NCBI GenBank assembly: GCA_907165135.1
Contig: OU015566.1
Span: 1,674,001 to 1,738,000 of the forward strand
Length of the DNA: 64,000 nt
Source of the DNA: Oikopleura dioica
Taxonomy: Eukaryota; Animalia; Chordata
Direction of reading: 5' to 3'
The notes below the pieces were generated by a model. The model was given only the letters and a program-made list of their open reading frames with translations, was not told the DNA's origin and ran no database searches. Shown one piece after another: positions 12,469 through 25,000 of the stretch (position 1 is the first letter of the stretch; every line of letters starts with the position of its first letter). Position numbers and translations under genes: made by a program.

Positions 12469-14518
12469 TCATTTTCTTCTCCGAGGCTGGGAGGGGATAA
12501 AACGCCCGTCGTCGCCAGTCACCAAATCTGCAACACAGAGATTTAGATTTCAAGGTGCCAGAGCTCGAGTTTTTGGAAAGAAAAATTCGAGGTATCAAAT
12601 TTCCCAAGATTCCAAAGGAAATTTCTGGCAAGAGATTTAAGGGTGTCTCAATTAAAAAGAGACCCCTACTTTATCTATCCAAAAGAAAGTACCTATCGAT
12701 TCACCCCGTCTTGACATCATCTTCATCCGATTATTATGCGACTGCATACCCTTAAAATAACCGCTGGCACTCTCCAATCCTAAGAGATCCTTACCACATC
12801 CACTGAAGACCTTCTTGGCGCAGGTGGCGCTCTTTGTCTTGGTAGCGACCCAGATTGTCCCAATGGTGGTTTTTGCTTTTCCTTCCGGTCGAATTCCTGC
12901 GATTGTTGGAGGATTTTTGCATGGTCAAGCATTTGAAAAGACAAATCGGCGATAGAAGGTCTTTGCTGCCTCGTTCTAGAGATTTTTTCTTAAGAAAATT
13001 TTCTTTTTTAGCGGGATTACTTTTGATAAGCGAGTTGTTCTTCAGTTGGCTTCGAGACTGATGTTTTTCTCCAGTTTTTCTTGGGCATCTGGGATGATTC
13101 TTCTCCAATTGATTTTCTTGCGGTTGTATTTTTATAGACACCAGCAGGGTTTTGACAAATGCTTCCACGTGGACCGCTTCTTTTGGCAGCTTTTGAGGTG
13201 TTACAGGAGAGGAATCTCAGAGGGACCCCGATCCGTATTCAAAGAATAAAGAATCTCTTTTCGTTAGGTACACCCTTAAGGACCCCCCCCCCTCGTCAAC
13301 AATTTTCCTCAAAAAATCGAAAATTTCAAAACTGCGATAATTTGGCTTCTTAGTGTTCCTGGAAGTTCGATTCATCATTAAAACTTGTTTGGAGCACTTT
13401 TTGACCAAAAAAAATGAAATTATAACAAAATTGGGACTTTTTCGTCATTTTTCGTCAAAAAGTCAAATTTTCAAACGCGATTTTAAGGGTGTTAGAGTCG
13501 AGATAGACCCCCAAAAAATGCAGCCTCAAAATCGTTTTTTGACCTGTAGAATCCATTTCCGGGGTCAAAATTTTGAAATTCCGAAAATAGATTTTTCGAT
13601 AATTGTTGAGGGAGGGGGGTCCTTAAATCTTAAACACCGTTCCTTTCAGACCAGCATAAACATCATCAACATCGTCCTCATTAACTCCATTCTTGCCATT
13701 GCTGCTCCCAACCCTGCTTCTGGAACTAGAACTGTTCTGCTGCGGAGATTGGAGATTGGTATTGTCGCTGCTAGTCTTTTCTTTTTTACTCGCTCCTTTC
13801 ATCCAGCTAAAAAGATGAGAATGATTTGGAAGCGCTGAAGGAGAGAACGAGTTGATTTGCAGCGTTTACGAGCGAGAATTATGGCGAACGTGTTTTTTAT
13901 CCTAATGTTTCCTCGAAGATTTACCAGTTGCGCGAAAAGTCAAGATCGAGCAAAGTTGAATACTGTAACTAGGAGTCATAAACGCGTCTATTTTTATATT
14001 TTTGAAGGGAAAATCGGCTATTGTCGACAGTTTTACGGAATAATATATGGAAAAATCTAGACTCAAAGGCGAGAACTATCGAGAAATCGTCAAGATACCC
14101 TTATTTTTTTTATTAAAGGCTTTCGATAAAAAACAGTTAAGTACAGTTTATTTTCAAAGAGAGAACAATGATAAGCCGATTCTATTTTTCCCTGATCAAC
14201 GACAAAAAATTTAATCTCAAGAATAAAAAAAATCAATGATTCCCAAAAATATTATTTCATTTCAAATCAAAAATTTCAATAGTCATTTCTGTGAATTTCA
14301 TATATTCTCAAGAAGTCTTAAAATTGATCTATTTTTTAGGGCTAACACCATATTTCTTACGATAAGCAGACTGAACCTGAATAACCCCATATCTTCTTCG
14401 AGTTTCTCCTGCTTTTCTCTCTAGAAAAATAATCTCAATGGAATTATTCTTGCTTCCGTTCATCTGTTCCTGCGGCAGCGAGCTGAGTCTTAAATGCTTT
14501 CACCACCTCATTTTTCAT
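12469..14518 (-). CDS. Hypothetical low-complexity multi-exon protein
   Basis: Spliceable exons such as MKNEVVKAFKTQLAAAG, ..VQSAYR.., WMKGASKKEKTSSDN..EDDVDDVYAGLKG and ..PRQRAPPAPRRSSVD with GT-AG ends. No recognisable domain; termini tentative. Confidence 0.45.
13280..13622. mobile_element. MITE family B, full copy (intronic)
   Basis: TTAA|GGACCCCCCCCCTCGTCAACAATT ... AATTGTTGAGGGAGGGGGGTCC|TTAA. Related copies at 58619 and 59794. Confidence 0.9.
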
Positions 14519-14601
14519 GTGCTAGGCTATCCTGTCACCTCTTTCGCCCACCCTCGACCCTTATGCTTCATTTGAAATTCATCCATTGATATTTTATTTT
14601 C

Positions 14602-16950
14602 TTAAAACTGATAGCAAAAGGAATCCGGACATGGAGTTGAGCAGGTGTCAGGATCTGACTGGAAAATAATCGGCCGATGACAAATGCCTTCGTGATCATT
14701 AATTTTTTCGGTCGAAGTTATTTTTTCGCCATCCCAATTTATTCTTTCGACAACCAAATCTCTTGATTTTAATTAAATTGCCAGTTTAAAAATAAAACAT
14801 ACTCATAAGCTCCGCCAAAAATCAAGAAATAAGTACCGTAATTGATCATTGAGGCATACCCATATTTCTAAAATTATGTCACGATAAATAACGTTTTAAA
14901 TCTAACATGGTTCAGCTCGCCAACTTTCTTCCACAGCTCCTCTCGAAATAAGTAGACATCTTTAAAAAATCCATCCGCGGCTGAATATCCTCCAGCGACA
15001 ATAATGCCATCATCAAGAGACGTGCAAGATGCCCTGTAGCAGAGTTCGAAATTTCCCGCGCCACAAGCTCCCGCGAGCGAGCCTCCCTCGAGATTTTCTT
15101 GAGATCCTTCCCCCTCCCCCCCGCTCCCGCCGTAAATTTTCATGCCTTCTTCCCGCCCCTTCCCGCGCCGCGAAAAATCAAAAATGGGAGCAGCGGGGAA
15201 GAAGGTTTTTAAATATAAAGGCCGTCTCAGCCCCGTTCCTTGGTTTTTAAATTTAAGGGGCTTGACAAAGGCCGGGGAAGTCTGAGTTGATCAATCTCAG
15301 TTTCATCCTTAACCCCACCCACCACCATTCAATGTGAAAGTTAATATTGTTCATGTTCTTAGCTTTGTTATGGTTTTTATTTATTTTTTTTTAATTTTAT
15401 TTCTCAATTATCGAATTTTCTAAGGGGCCTGACTCAGGCTTCTTCCTTAGTGGAGACCTTTTTAAACAAGCCCTCACTTTTCTTTCCCGCGGGCTCCCGC
15501 GGGAGCAAAAGGGAGGGGGAATCCTTCCCGCGCCCCTCGCTCCCGCGCAAATTTTCAGGCCTTTTTCCCGCGCCGCCCTCTTCCGCGCAAAATTTTTGAC
15601 CTCCTCCCCCGCCCCCCGCTCCCGCGCAAAATTTTTGGACTTGCTCCCGCTCCCCCCCGCTCCCGCAAAAAATTTTCGACCTTCCTCCCGCTCCCCCCCC
15701 GCCCCCGCGAAAAATTTCAGTCATGGTTCCCGCTCCCCCCCGCACCCGCAAAAGTTCGCGGGAATTTCGAACTCTGTCCAGTAGAGTTTTCCTAATGGAT
15801 GGGACGGCTCGAGTTGCCAACCACTGAATTGAAGCGCTTCAACGGTTTCAGTTCCTGAACCAGCAATTACAACAGCCTGTCCTTCATATTGACACATTGG
15901 TGCATGTTGGTGTTCCAGTCTTGTTGGTGCGATGGCAACTGAAACGTCACCATCAAATGATTCACACTTTGTGGTAGACCCTTGGCATATAATTACTTCG
16001 TCATGGATCTCAGAAACAGTGACAATTGATCCAGAAACGCTTGTATGATCATTTATCAGCAACAAATTTGTATCGACAAAAGAGCATTCTTCAATCCTTA
16101 TAATCTAAGTGAAAAAATGGAGAAACGGTTTTTCAAATACTCACCTGTCTTGAATTATAATAGCCCCCAAAAATATGACCAACTCCATTCAACAATGCAA
16201 ATCCAGCACGGTCTATAAATTTGCTACTTTCTCGCGGGGGAGAGTTATAGACTCGATTTTCCTTATAAAGTTGGGAAAAACTTACTTTTAAAAACATCTT
16301 TTTTCGCCAACAATCCTTGAAATTTCCGCTTCCAGAAATGACGTAGCTTAAAATGGCAGTTTCTTGACAAAGAACAGTCGTAAATTCCTCGCAATTGAAC
16401 CCACTATTGCATGGGCAACCACGATCACATTCTTCCATACAAGGGCATTTTTCTGACTCATGAGAAAAATCAGCAAAGCACTCATTGTAACAGGTTCTGC
16501 TGGCCGTGCAATTTCCAATGCAATCATTGAACGCAGTCAACACTTCCTTCACACATTGCTGATAATAAGTATTGTCGGTTTGAGGGCTTGAACAGGTGCA
16601 GATAGAATTTCCGCAACCTTCACATCCATTTTCGCATTCCGAAAAGCAGGGGCAGGAGTCGTAACAAGCTAAGATTTGTCAAAAAAAATGTAAAAAGAAA
16701 AATTACAAGTATAATCAGAGAGGCATCCTCGCTCACAACTCGTGCTCTCGCAGTTCTCCTTGCAAACAATATAGTCACTGTAACAATGACCGTCGCATAT
16801 CAAAGCCAAATCCTCGTCACTGAACGTCCCTTAGAAAGAGTGTCAATTAGTCATGGCTTACGGGCATTGATCGCGGACGATTTTCGGCCGTAAAGAAGTC
16901 TCAACTAAACTTGCTTCGATTTGCAATAAAATAAAGAAGAATTCTCTCAT
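14602..16950 (-). CDS. Secreted Cys-rich repeat + Kelch-like beta-propeller protein
   Basis: Signal MREFFFILLQIEASL. Repeated C..C..CPC...C..GC modules. Kelch-like blades HIFGGYYNS, VVIAGSG, IIVAGGYS..VYLF....WKKVGEL, FLIFGGAY. Stop 14602 followed by AATAAA. One exon is split by the 15040-15776 element. Confidence 0.82.
15040..15776. mobile_element. hAT-like non-autonomous element inside a coding exon
   Basis: TIR CAGAGTTCGAAATTTCCCGCG / CGCGGGAATTTCGAACTCTG. Flanks CCCTGTAG (15032-39) and TCCAGTAG (15777-84) are a 6/8-matching 8-bp TSD. GC-rich subterminal CCCGCG/CCCGC repeats. Confidence 0.85.
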
Positions 16951-17049
16951 CTCTCTGTTTTTTAAATGAGCAGCGGAAAGAAATTATGATGGGTAATTGA
17001 CATCTGTTTTTTTTTATTTGCGTATCATCAATGATATTTGCTGAGCCGG

Positions 17050-17833
17050 CTATTTGAGAATTTGATAAAAATAAAACAAGGAAGAGTATCACCCAAGAGA
17101 CACATTTATTTTTTCTCACGCAGTCAGGAAAATCTAACTTCTACATCGAGTACCAATAATCAGGGAAAATTGGTTGATCGTCATCAGAAAATGCAGCTTT
17201 CAAGGGATCGACAGAGTAACAAGCGCTTGAAAAAAATCCTTGCGAACCCCCTTATGGTTCTTTAGCGATTTCCATCGCGAAAATATTATCCAGAAGATTT
17301 TGAATGTCTTCTTCGTCCATTTGTGTATCTTCTACTGGAGCTCGTTTGTATGCATTCTAATGCATTATTATTTCTCCTTTCTTTAGCAACTTCTAACCTT
17401 CGACTCATAAAAAGGATGCGCCATTCTGGCCTCAACCCGCCAGTTTCGTTTTCCGAGTCGATATCGTCGTTTTGTCGGAACAACTCTGTGATGGTTTCCC
17501 TCGCCAAAATCTTCATCGCCATTCCAACCATATTTTTCTCCGTGTTCCCAGAGTTCCAAAACAGGAAATTCAACCCCCTTTCAAAAGTGAAGCAAAAACA
17601 AAAATGATGAAAACGACTTGATAACAGTAAGATTTTAGATATTAAAGCTTTGGCCAATCAGATTTGGAATTGACCATTATTGGAATTGACCAAATGAAAC
17701 CGTCCCTGTCATTTTCAATTTCCTTCAAAAATGATGCAAAAATATAAACGTAACTTATTTTATTGAAAAATTTGACATCACTTTCCCATGAAAAGGCGAC
17801 GACGAAGAGAAAAACAAAAACTTTAAAATTCAT
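17050..17833 (-). CDS. Hypothetical secreted protein
   Basis: Signal-like MNFKVFVFLFVVAFS. Exonic-looking segments RDGFIWSIPIMVNSKSDWPK, GGLRPEWRILFMSRR and GFFSSACYSVDP. 3' end approximate. Confidence 0.4.
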
Positions 17834-18059
17834 TTTTAAAAGTGCGCAGTTCCGACTCGTTCCGTTCACTTTATTGGGTTCACTTGAAAGTAATTGACAA
17901 AGACTTTGACGGGAGAATACAATTAGATCAAATTATGTCGAAGAAATATTCAAATTGAGGCAATTTTATAAAAATCTGGCAAAAGTAAGTTTTGCAATCA
18001 ATCGATTTTGAAATGGAAACCTTTTTTGAATCCGATTTTTATAGCTTGAATGAAAAATT

Positions 18060-20211
18060 TCAAACGTGGAAAATTGTTTATTCAAAAACCCATGCGATTC
18101 TCGCCTGACCCGGAAAATATTCACCGCATAACTCTGATGGTTGAATTTTGGCATAAACAGAATTTCTTGTCCACGGATCCTTTGATTGATCTGATTCAGC
18201 AAGAGATTTAAAAAATGAAAAGGATTTGTTTTGTTTTATTTTTTCTAAAAAATGTTTCTTCGAGATCAACTGGGAATAAAAAAGAAAATTACAAAAGCTT
18301 GTGTTCAGCAGGTTCGATTTTTTAAATGATTTGTTTAGCAAAACTTTTTTTCTAGAGCCCTGTTTAAACGGCGGAAATTGCACAGAAATCGGATCTTCCT
18401 ACACTTGCTCTTGCCCAGGAGACTTTTTCGGCGATAATTGCGAAAATGACCCTTGCTCTTGGACGCCCTGTATGAACAGCGGAACCTGCACTGTAGTCGG
18501 GTCAACTTACGAATGTGCCTGTACAGAAGGATATGAAGGCGACAGATGCGAGATAACCCCATGTCATATCGCTGGAGGATTGAAATCCGATGCGGAATTT
18601 GCCGATTTTGAGTATTTTGATCTTTCGGATTATGACTTATCAGGAACGAGGGCTCTTTTTTCGGTTAGAGCTTTACCTTTTTTCAAATAAAAACCCTTTA
18701 ATCAGGTTATCAAGTCTACCAATACTTCTACTCCCCTGATGGAAACAAAGCGATTGCTGGACCTTGCCTCAACGGCGGAATATGCGTCAACAACCCTCCG
18801 TCTGGCTACATCTGCCTCTGCTGGGGCTTGGAAGGAATCCACTGCGAGATCACTCCCTGTACTCCAGAACCGTGCCAAAATAACGGAACTTGTTCTTTCC
18901 CAAACTCAAATTCTTACGAATGCACTTGCGCTGAAGGCTACTCTGGATTCAATTGCCAGATTGGCCCGTGCAATGACGATCCTTGTCAAAATGGCGGAGT
19001 CTGCCAAGAAATCGGGGCGGAATTTGAATGCTCTTGCGAAGGGGGATTTACTGGAGTGACTTGCGAGATCCCTCCGCTTTCCACAACGTCAGCGATTGTA
19101 TCATCAACTTCATCCATAGCAACAGTAAGTTCTACGTCGACAAATGCAGCTTCGTCGACGGCGACTTTATCCACATCATCAGCAATGATATCATCGACAA
19201 CAATCATTTCGTCGACAACAATAATTTCATCGACATCAACAGCATCCTCAACATCGGTTTCTGCTTCAACGACACCGGTTATATCCACATCATCGACAAT
19301 TGCCTCCACAAGTATTTCGTCCACATCGACGATTTCGTCGACTTCATCCTCTGTCACTTCGACTGCAGTCTCGACAACATTGCCCGTTTTAACGACATCA
19401 TCAGTCTTGTCGACATCTGAAGCTCCAGTAACCTCGACAATCGGCGCGTCGACAACGAATTCTGCCATTCAAACAACAACACCATTGCTTTCGTCCACCA
19501 CAAGCTCAATACCACCTTCATCATCAACCTCATCTGCTGTTTCCCAATCCACCTCTTCCTCGCTTGCAACGACCATCTCCTCGACGCTTCCTCCCCTCGT
19601 CGACTGGATAATCTGGCGACTTGGCGATGATTTTCCAACAGAAGTCGTCAACTCCCTCCTCGGCGCTTATGGCTGTGCAAGTAGAGGTTTTCCGAATGAT
19701 CCATTTGCTCATTCTCTAGGCTGGCCTGTGGATGGAATTGACAAAGTTTTGCTAAGATGGAAGAAATGTATTCGCTGCGCGATGAGCGTGGAGTTTGATG
19801 GAAGAACGGAAGTCCCGACGTATATTTGGCCTGAAAGCGAAATTTGTGGTTAGTGTAGAGATCGCTAGAAATTTTCAAGGAATTTAAAAATTTTCCAATT
19901 TTTTAGATATGACTGGACTTGAACGAGAAATCTGCGAGTGCGACAAACACGCGGCAACCGAACTTTTACAATTTCAAGACGAAAATGGAAACCTTCTCGC
20001 GACAAACTCAAATTTCGACGAGTCCCTTTGCATAAAAGGCCCGAACGAAGGAGAAGGGTTTGGAAGAGACGAGTTTTGCTGCAAAAAGAAACATGGGGCC
20101 TTCCAGATGTACAATGCTCAAAGGTTCTGCTGCGAGTTTGAAAGCCTGCATATAGCTGGATCATGTGTTTTTGATGAAGGACTGCAATATCGGCCAGAAT
20201 TGTTTGTGTAA
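18060..20211 (+). CDS. EGF repeats - Ser/Thr mucin stalk - PLA2-like domain protein
   Basis: About five EGF units (PCLNGGNC..YTCSC..G.NC) and a ~175-aa S/T-rich stretch. Then YGCASRG..PVDGIDKVLLRWKKCIRC..REICECD..NFDESLC..CC..CC, stop 20211. 5' start not resolved. Confidence 0.82.
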
Positions 20212-20515
20212 AAATTATTGACGATACATGTCGCTGTACATTAGGGAATTGCTGTATAAAATAAATATTCTTTTCTCCGTTTCTTTATTTGAGAAAAAGA
20301 GACTTTCTTTCTTTTTGTATCATTTCTCTTTTATGACAATGGCAACAATCGCAGGGTGTTCAGAGCAACAGAGGTAGCGCCACCTTTGAAGCCTCGTGTG
20401 CCCAAAAAACTGAAGTGCCACTTGAGTTAAATTCGTTACTCCTCCAAGCAAATTAATCGCATTTTACATTTTTATTGAAACATTGAAATCAAGGAAGAGA
20501 ATTTCAAACAGGAAA

Positions 20516-22555
20516 ATGGTCTCGAAAGTCGACGATTTTGAAAGAATTCCAAGAGGAAAAAGCTTAGCGGCTGTTTTATTCAGGTAAAAAATTGACAAAT
20601 TTAATAATTTAATAAAGAATTTTTTAAAAAATTGTAAAAAAATTTAATTTAAAATTTTATTTTTTTTTTCTAATTTTTCGATTTTGAAAAGACGAAATTA
20701 CTCTGAATCAAAATGAAGCCTTCAAAAGCGCCAAAACACGAAATTTAATCCACAATCCTGAAATCCATTCTTTGGAAAAGAACAGACGCAAATGTTTGCG
20801 CACAAGCCTCACTTGTTTGGTGCTTAGCCCAGGCGACTAACAAAGAGCATCTCAGATTGGATTTTTTCTTTTTCATTTTTCAAATGGCGAGAGATTTTCT
20901 AGAGGACTCAAAAATTTCAGAGAAATCAAATCAGACTACTAATAATTCTGGAATTGATCAGAAATTAAGGAGTGATACGAATCCGGTTATTCAACGAGCT
21001 CTCAGGTGAAAAATTAAAGAAATATTTTTGATACGAAAATTGAGACTTGAAATGAGGACGTTCTTATTTTCAATGATTCTAGAGTTCTCGCCGAAAGCAG
21101 CGCGCGAGACATAAAAGAGACGAATGAGAAAGTCATCATCTACAAACCAACATATCAGTACGTATTTAAATGAATTCCGCGGGGACAGATTTACAAACAA
21201 AAATTTAAGATACTGCGCCGATAACGAGCGACTGAAGTGGAAGCTCGATCTGGCGGAAGCGCGGCTGAGGCGAAAAGAAAGGGAATTGGTGACGTCGGAT
21301 TATGAAGAAGAAAGAGGTCTGTTTGACGAGAAGCGGCTCAGGCGAAAGAACAAAAAAGTAAGGCTTTATTTTTTGATTATTCGGCACTTTTAAAAATGCC
21401 CATCAAAAACCGACATTTTCTAGTCTGAGTCATTGGCAGCTCTAGAAAGAATTGAGCGCCGATTATCCAGCGTCGAAAAAGCTCTGCCGGAGAAAAAATA
21501 TATTACCCAGCTAAACACCTCTCTTGAAAAAACTCTCCCTTCAAACTTCGGAGAGCCCGTTGAGCTGGCAAAGATCAGCACGAATCCTCCCGGCCCGCGA
21601 GTCCATGAGAGCAAGATAACGATCGTTCCAAACTACCGATCCCGAAGCCGAGGCCGAGGCCGTTCAAGAAGCAGAAGTCGAACTCCGAAATCTGTTCTTG
21701 AATCTTCTGTTGAGCGACTTCGGGCGTCTTCTGAACGATCGAGTCGGATTTCTAGAGCAGGTATTCAGAAATGAAAGATACAGTAATTGACGGAAATTGA
21801 TTTCAAGAGTCTGAGACAATCGCGGCGAAAAACATCGAGATCGGAAGTTTGAAAGAGCAAATTCGCACGCTACAGAATCAGATCTCCGTGAGTGCTTTTG
21901 GATTTTATGGACGGATATAAAATTTCTTTTTAAATTGGCGTTTAGCAAACACAGTCCACCCGCTCGATTGCGCTCTCATCGTCTTCCGTTTTTGTCGATG
22001 ATGATGGACCGCCAATGAAAAGAAGTGAGATCAATTCGTCAAGTCAGACAAGTGTGAGTCCAAGATTGCTTATAAAATTTCAGTAAAAAGGCCAATAATT
22101 GACATGTTTTCGGGAACATTGTTTTGATTTAACGAATCAAAATAGTTTCAAATTCAGAATGAGTGGATCAAAACCTTTTTTGAATCGGTATGTTTTAGTT
22201 CTAGAATCTAGAAATTCTAGAACAGATTCTAGGGCCGACAAAATACCCTCCTCTAACCCTCCATTTCATATTTAGTTGATGAAGCATCTGGACGAATTGC
22301 AGTATGAAAACGAAAGTTTGAACAATACAGTCAGGTAAAAATGAAGAAAAAATGTTCCTCCATGATTTCAAAAACCTCTTCAGAGAGCTGCGAGATCGAC
22401 TGATGCTGCATTCCCAAGCCGATGATTCGGAAAACGAAACCGAAGAGCCCGAAATCGAAAAATCCGAAAACTCCGCCGAGGAAAAAGCGAAAAGTAACCC
22501 TTCAAGCTACGCCGCACCATATTATCCGACATCGAACATTTTCCGCACTCATTGA
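20516..22555 (+). CDS. Coiled-coil protein with RS-rich segment
   Basis: About 10 short exons with GT-AG ends: RLKWKLDLAEARLRRKERE, LERIERRLSSVEK, RSRSRGRGRSRSRSRTP, LDELQYENESLN, ..SNIFRTH*. Confidence 0.6.
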
Positions 22556-22856
22556 AAAAAACGAGCTTCACAACTCCACGAAAAAAGCACGTTTTTAGTT
22601 CAATCGCCGAGATTCCAATTTCCATCTGTTTCACCGACATTTTTAATGAATTCCGATTTGATTGCGAAAACCAGCAAATCGAGAGAAATTTTGAACAAAA
22701 AGCTAGATTAGTTCAGTTTTAATCAATTTTGAATTTTTTTTGAAACAAGAAAAATTTTAGAGCGACTTGCTGGGGATCATCTTACTTTTGTTACGAAAAT
22801 ATAACTGTACAATTATTGTCGTCGATATTTTTAACTCAATAAATTTAATTTCTTAA

Positions 22857-23242
22857 GGGGGTAGAAACAGCTTTTTTCCGAAAAAGGCGATTTTTGACCG
22901 GCGCTACAGAGAAGAGAATCTTACATTTTCAAATTTTTTCTTCAGGGTTAGATAGATACATCTTAGATCTAGGAACATCTCTCTCGAAATTTGTTTTAGT
23001 CATCAAATTTTTGAGTAAGCGGGCTCAGAGGCAGCTCATCTCTCCGAAATTCTCGATTTTCGCAAATTTTTAAACACGTATATCTCGAGTCACGTAATAG
23101 TTAAACAAATTTCATTCACATTTTTGTTAAGCTCAACCCTTTTTCTAGGAACATTTATGAGGAAATTTCGTGAACGTAAATAAATCTTATACTTTCTTTT
23201 ATGTAGCTGCAGTCCAAAATCGAGAAAGCTGTTTCTACCCCC
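22857..23242. mobile_element. MITE family D
   Basis: TTAA|GGGGGTAGAAACAGCTTT ... AAAGCTGTTTCTACCCCC|TTAA; perfect 18-bp TIR. Confidence 0.92.
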
Positions 23243-23282
23243 TTAACTTCAGAAATGCTCTTAAAGAGCAGTCTTATTTTAA

Positions 23283-23664
23283 GGGGGGGGGGTCGACGAG
23301 AATTTTTTCAGGGGTGATCGTAATTTCGCTTATACACTTAGTCAGGATATGAATCTTATATTTTTGAAATCTACAAATTCTCCCGAATCTGTTGAGCCTA
23401 AAATCATTTGATAAAAATGAGATTTAGAGATCGAAATGAGCAAAATTGTAAAAAAAAAATTGACCATTTTTGGTGCATTTTCGCAAAAATGGCCCTACTT
23501 TGACGGGATTTTTGACCGATTTTTTCTGACCAAAATTTTTTCTATATTTCGCCGCCTGATTTTACAACCCTTTTCTATCCACCAGTAAAATCAGACTTTG
23601 CCTATCTTATCAGGTTTTCCCGCATTTTTGGTCTCGGAAATCCCGATTCTAGTCGACCCCTTCC
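23283..23664. mobile_element. MITE family E
   Basis: TTAA|GGGGGGGGGGTCGAC ... GTCGACCCCTTCC|TTAA. Confidence 0.75.
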
Positions 23665-23867
23665 TTAAGAATAAGAATTTTCTAAAGTCGCATTATGCAA
23701 AAATGCTCATTATCTGAATTTATCGTGAAAAGGCCAAGTACCAAGACCGCCCGCGGCAATTCTAGCGTCTATCCGCTGCACATACTGATTCGTCCACCAT
23801 TTGTACGAATTCGACTGAGGATTATACCTATTTTAACTCAGCTGAAAATTTCGGATTCGAATCAAGA

Positions 23868-25000
23868 ATGAAACAGCTGTACATATTTTTACTTTTACAG
23901 AGAATAAAAGCCCAACTAGAGGTCATAAAAGAGGATGAAATTTTTATCAGAAGAAGACGCGCTGGCGCTGGAATAACAACAGGAAATCGGGTTAATTTTT
24001 TTCACAAGAAATTTTCAAAAAAAAAAAATTTTTTTTCCGCAAAAAATGAAATTTGACCCCTAAAAAAGTGGATTGCAATCGCGGAGCAGAGCAAGCCTCA
24101 GCTCTAGAAACAAAATATCTCACCTTTCCCGACTTTCCAACTCCAATGTACAAACCCATGAAATGCTCGTGGACCATCACCGCCAGCCCCGGAGCCTTCA
24201 TCCAAGTGATGATAAAAGACAGCATCCCCTGCGCCGGAGGAAATGGAATTTATCTCGAAGAGGGATCAGCCAAAACTAAGGCGATCTGCGGCGCGAACCC
24301 GAAAACGCTGACTTCAAAAACGCAGAAAATGAAGTTCACTGTTCAACTAAATAAGCCTGGTCCAAGGGTAATTACTTTCGTTTATTATTTGACTAAAAAT
24401 GCTAAAAATATCAATGTGAAAATCTCAAAATAGATCAAAAAGCTCATTTTCTAGGGCGAAGTCGTCCAAATCGGCTTCAAACAGCAAGCTTTTCCATCTG
24501 GCTGGACAATTGCCGAGTTCAATAAAGGTAAAAAAGCAAAGCCAGCTCCTGTCAAACCCGCTCCCAAAAAACGACCTCCGCCAAAGAAAAAACCCATTTT
24601 GAAATCCGCCAAAAAGCCAAGCAAAAAGACGAAATCCCCGCCAAAGCGACTTTCTGTTACAAAACTTGGGAAACCACCGGGACATAAAGATACGATCGTT
24701 TATGGCGATGCGGACAGGTGGGAAGTGAAGGATAGAAGACATATCATCGTGATTGGTGGAGTTTGCTTTTTACTCCTCCTTGTTGGCGCGGCTTTTTACA
24801 TGGGAGTCGCGATGAAGAAAGATGCAGAGGAGCAGGATCGACTCAAAGCGGAAGGAAAAGATCAGCTTCCAAAATTTCAGATAAGCGAAAAAGGTGACCG
24901 AATCGAAGAGTCCTTGTTAATAAAAAATTCAGATCTGCCAAAATCCATGGTCAAGACCGAGTCACAAACTCCCATCGTTTCAACTTCGTCACATCAGTAA
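23868..25000 (+). CDS. Type I membrane protein: CUB-like domain, Lys/Pro-rich stalk, TM
   Basis: Signal MKQLYIFLLLQRIKA and a RRRR site. CUB-like FPDFPTPMYKPMKCSWTITASPGAFIQV..C....ICG..LTS. Stalk KKAKPAPVKPAPKKRPPPKKK. TM IIVIGGVCFLLLLVGAAFYMGVAM. Confidence 0.78.

Noticed and set aside
15420-15820. Gly-rich ORFs
   Set aside because: Translations of the GC-rich subterminal repeats of the hAT-like element.
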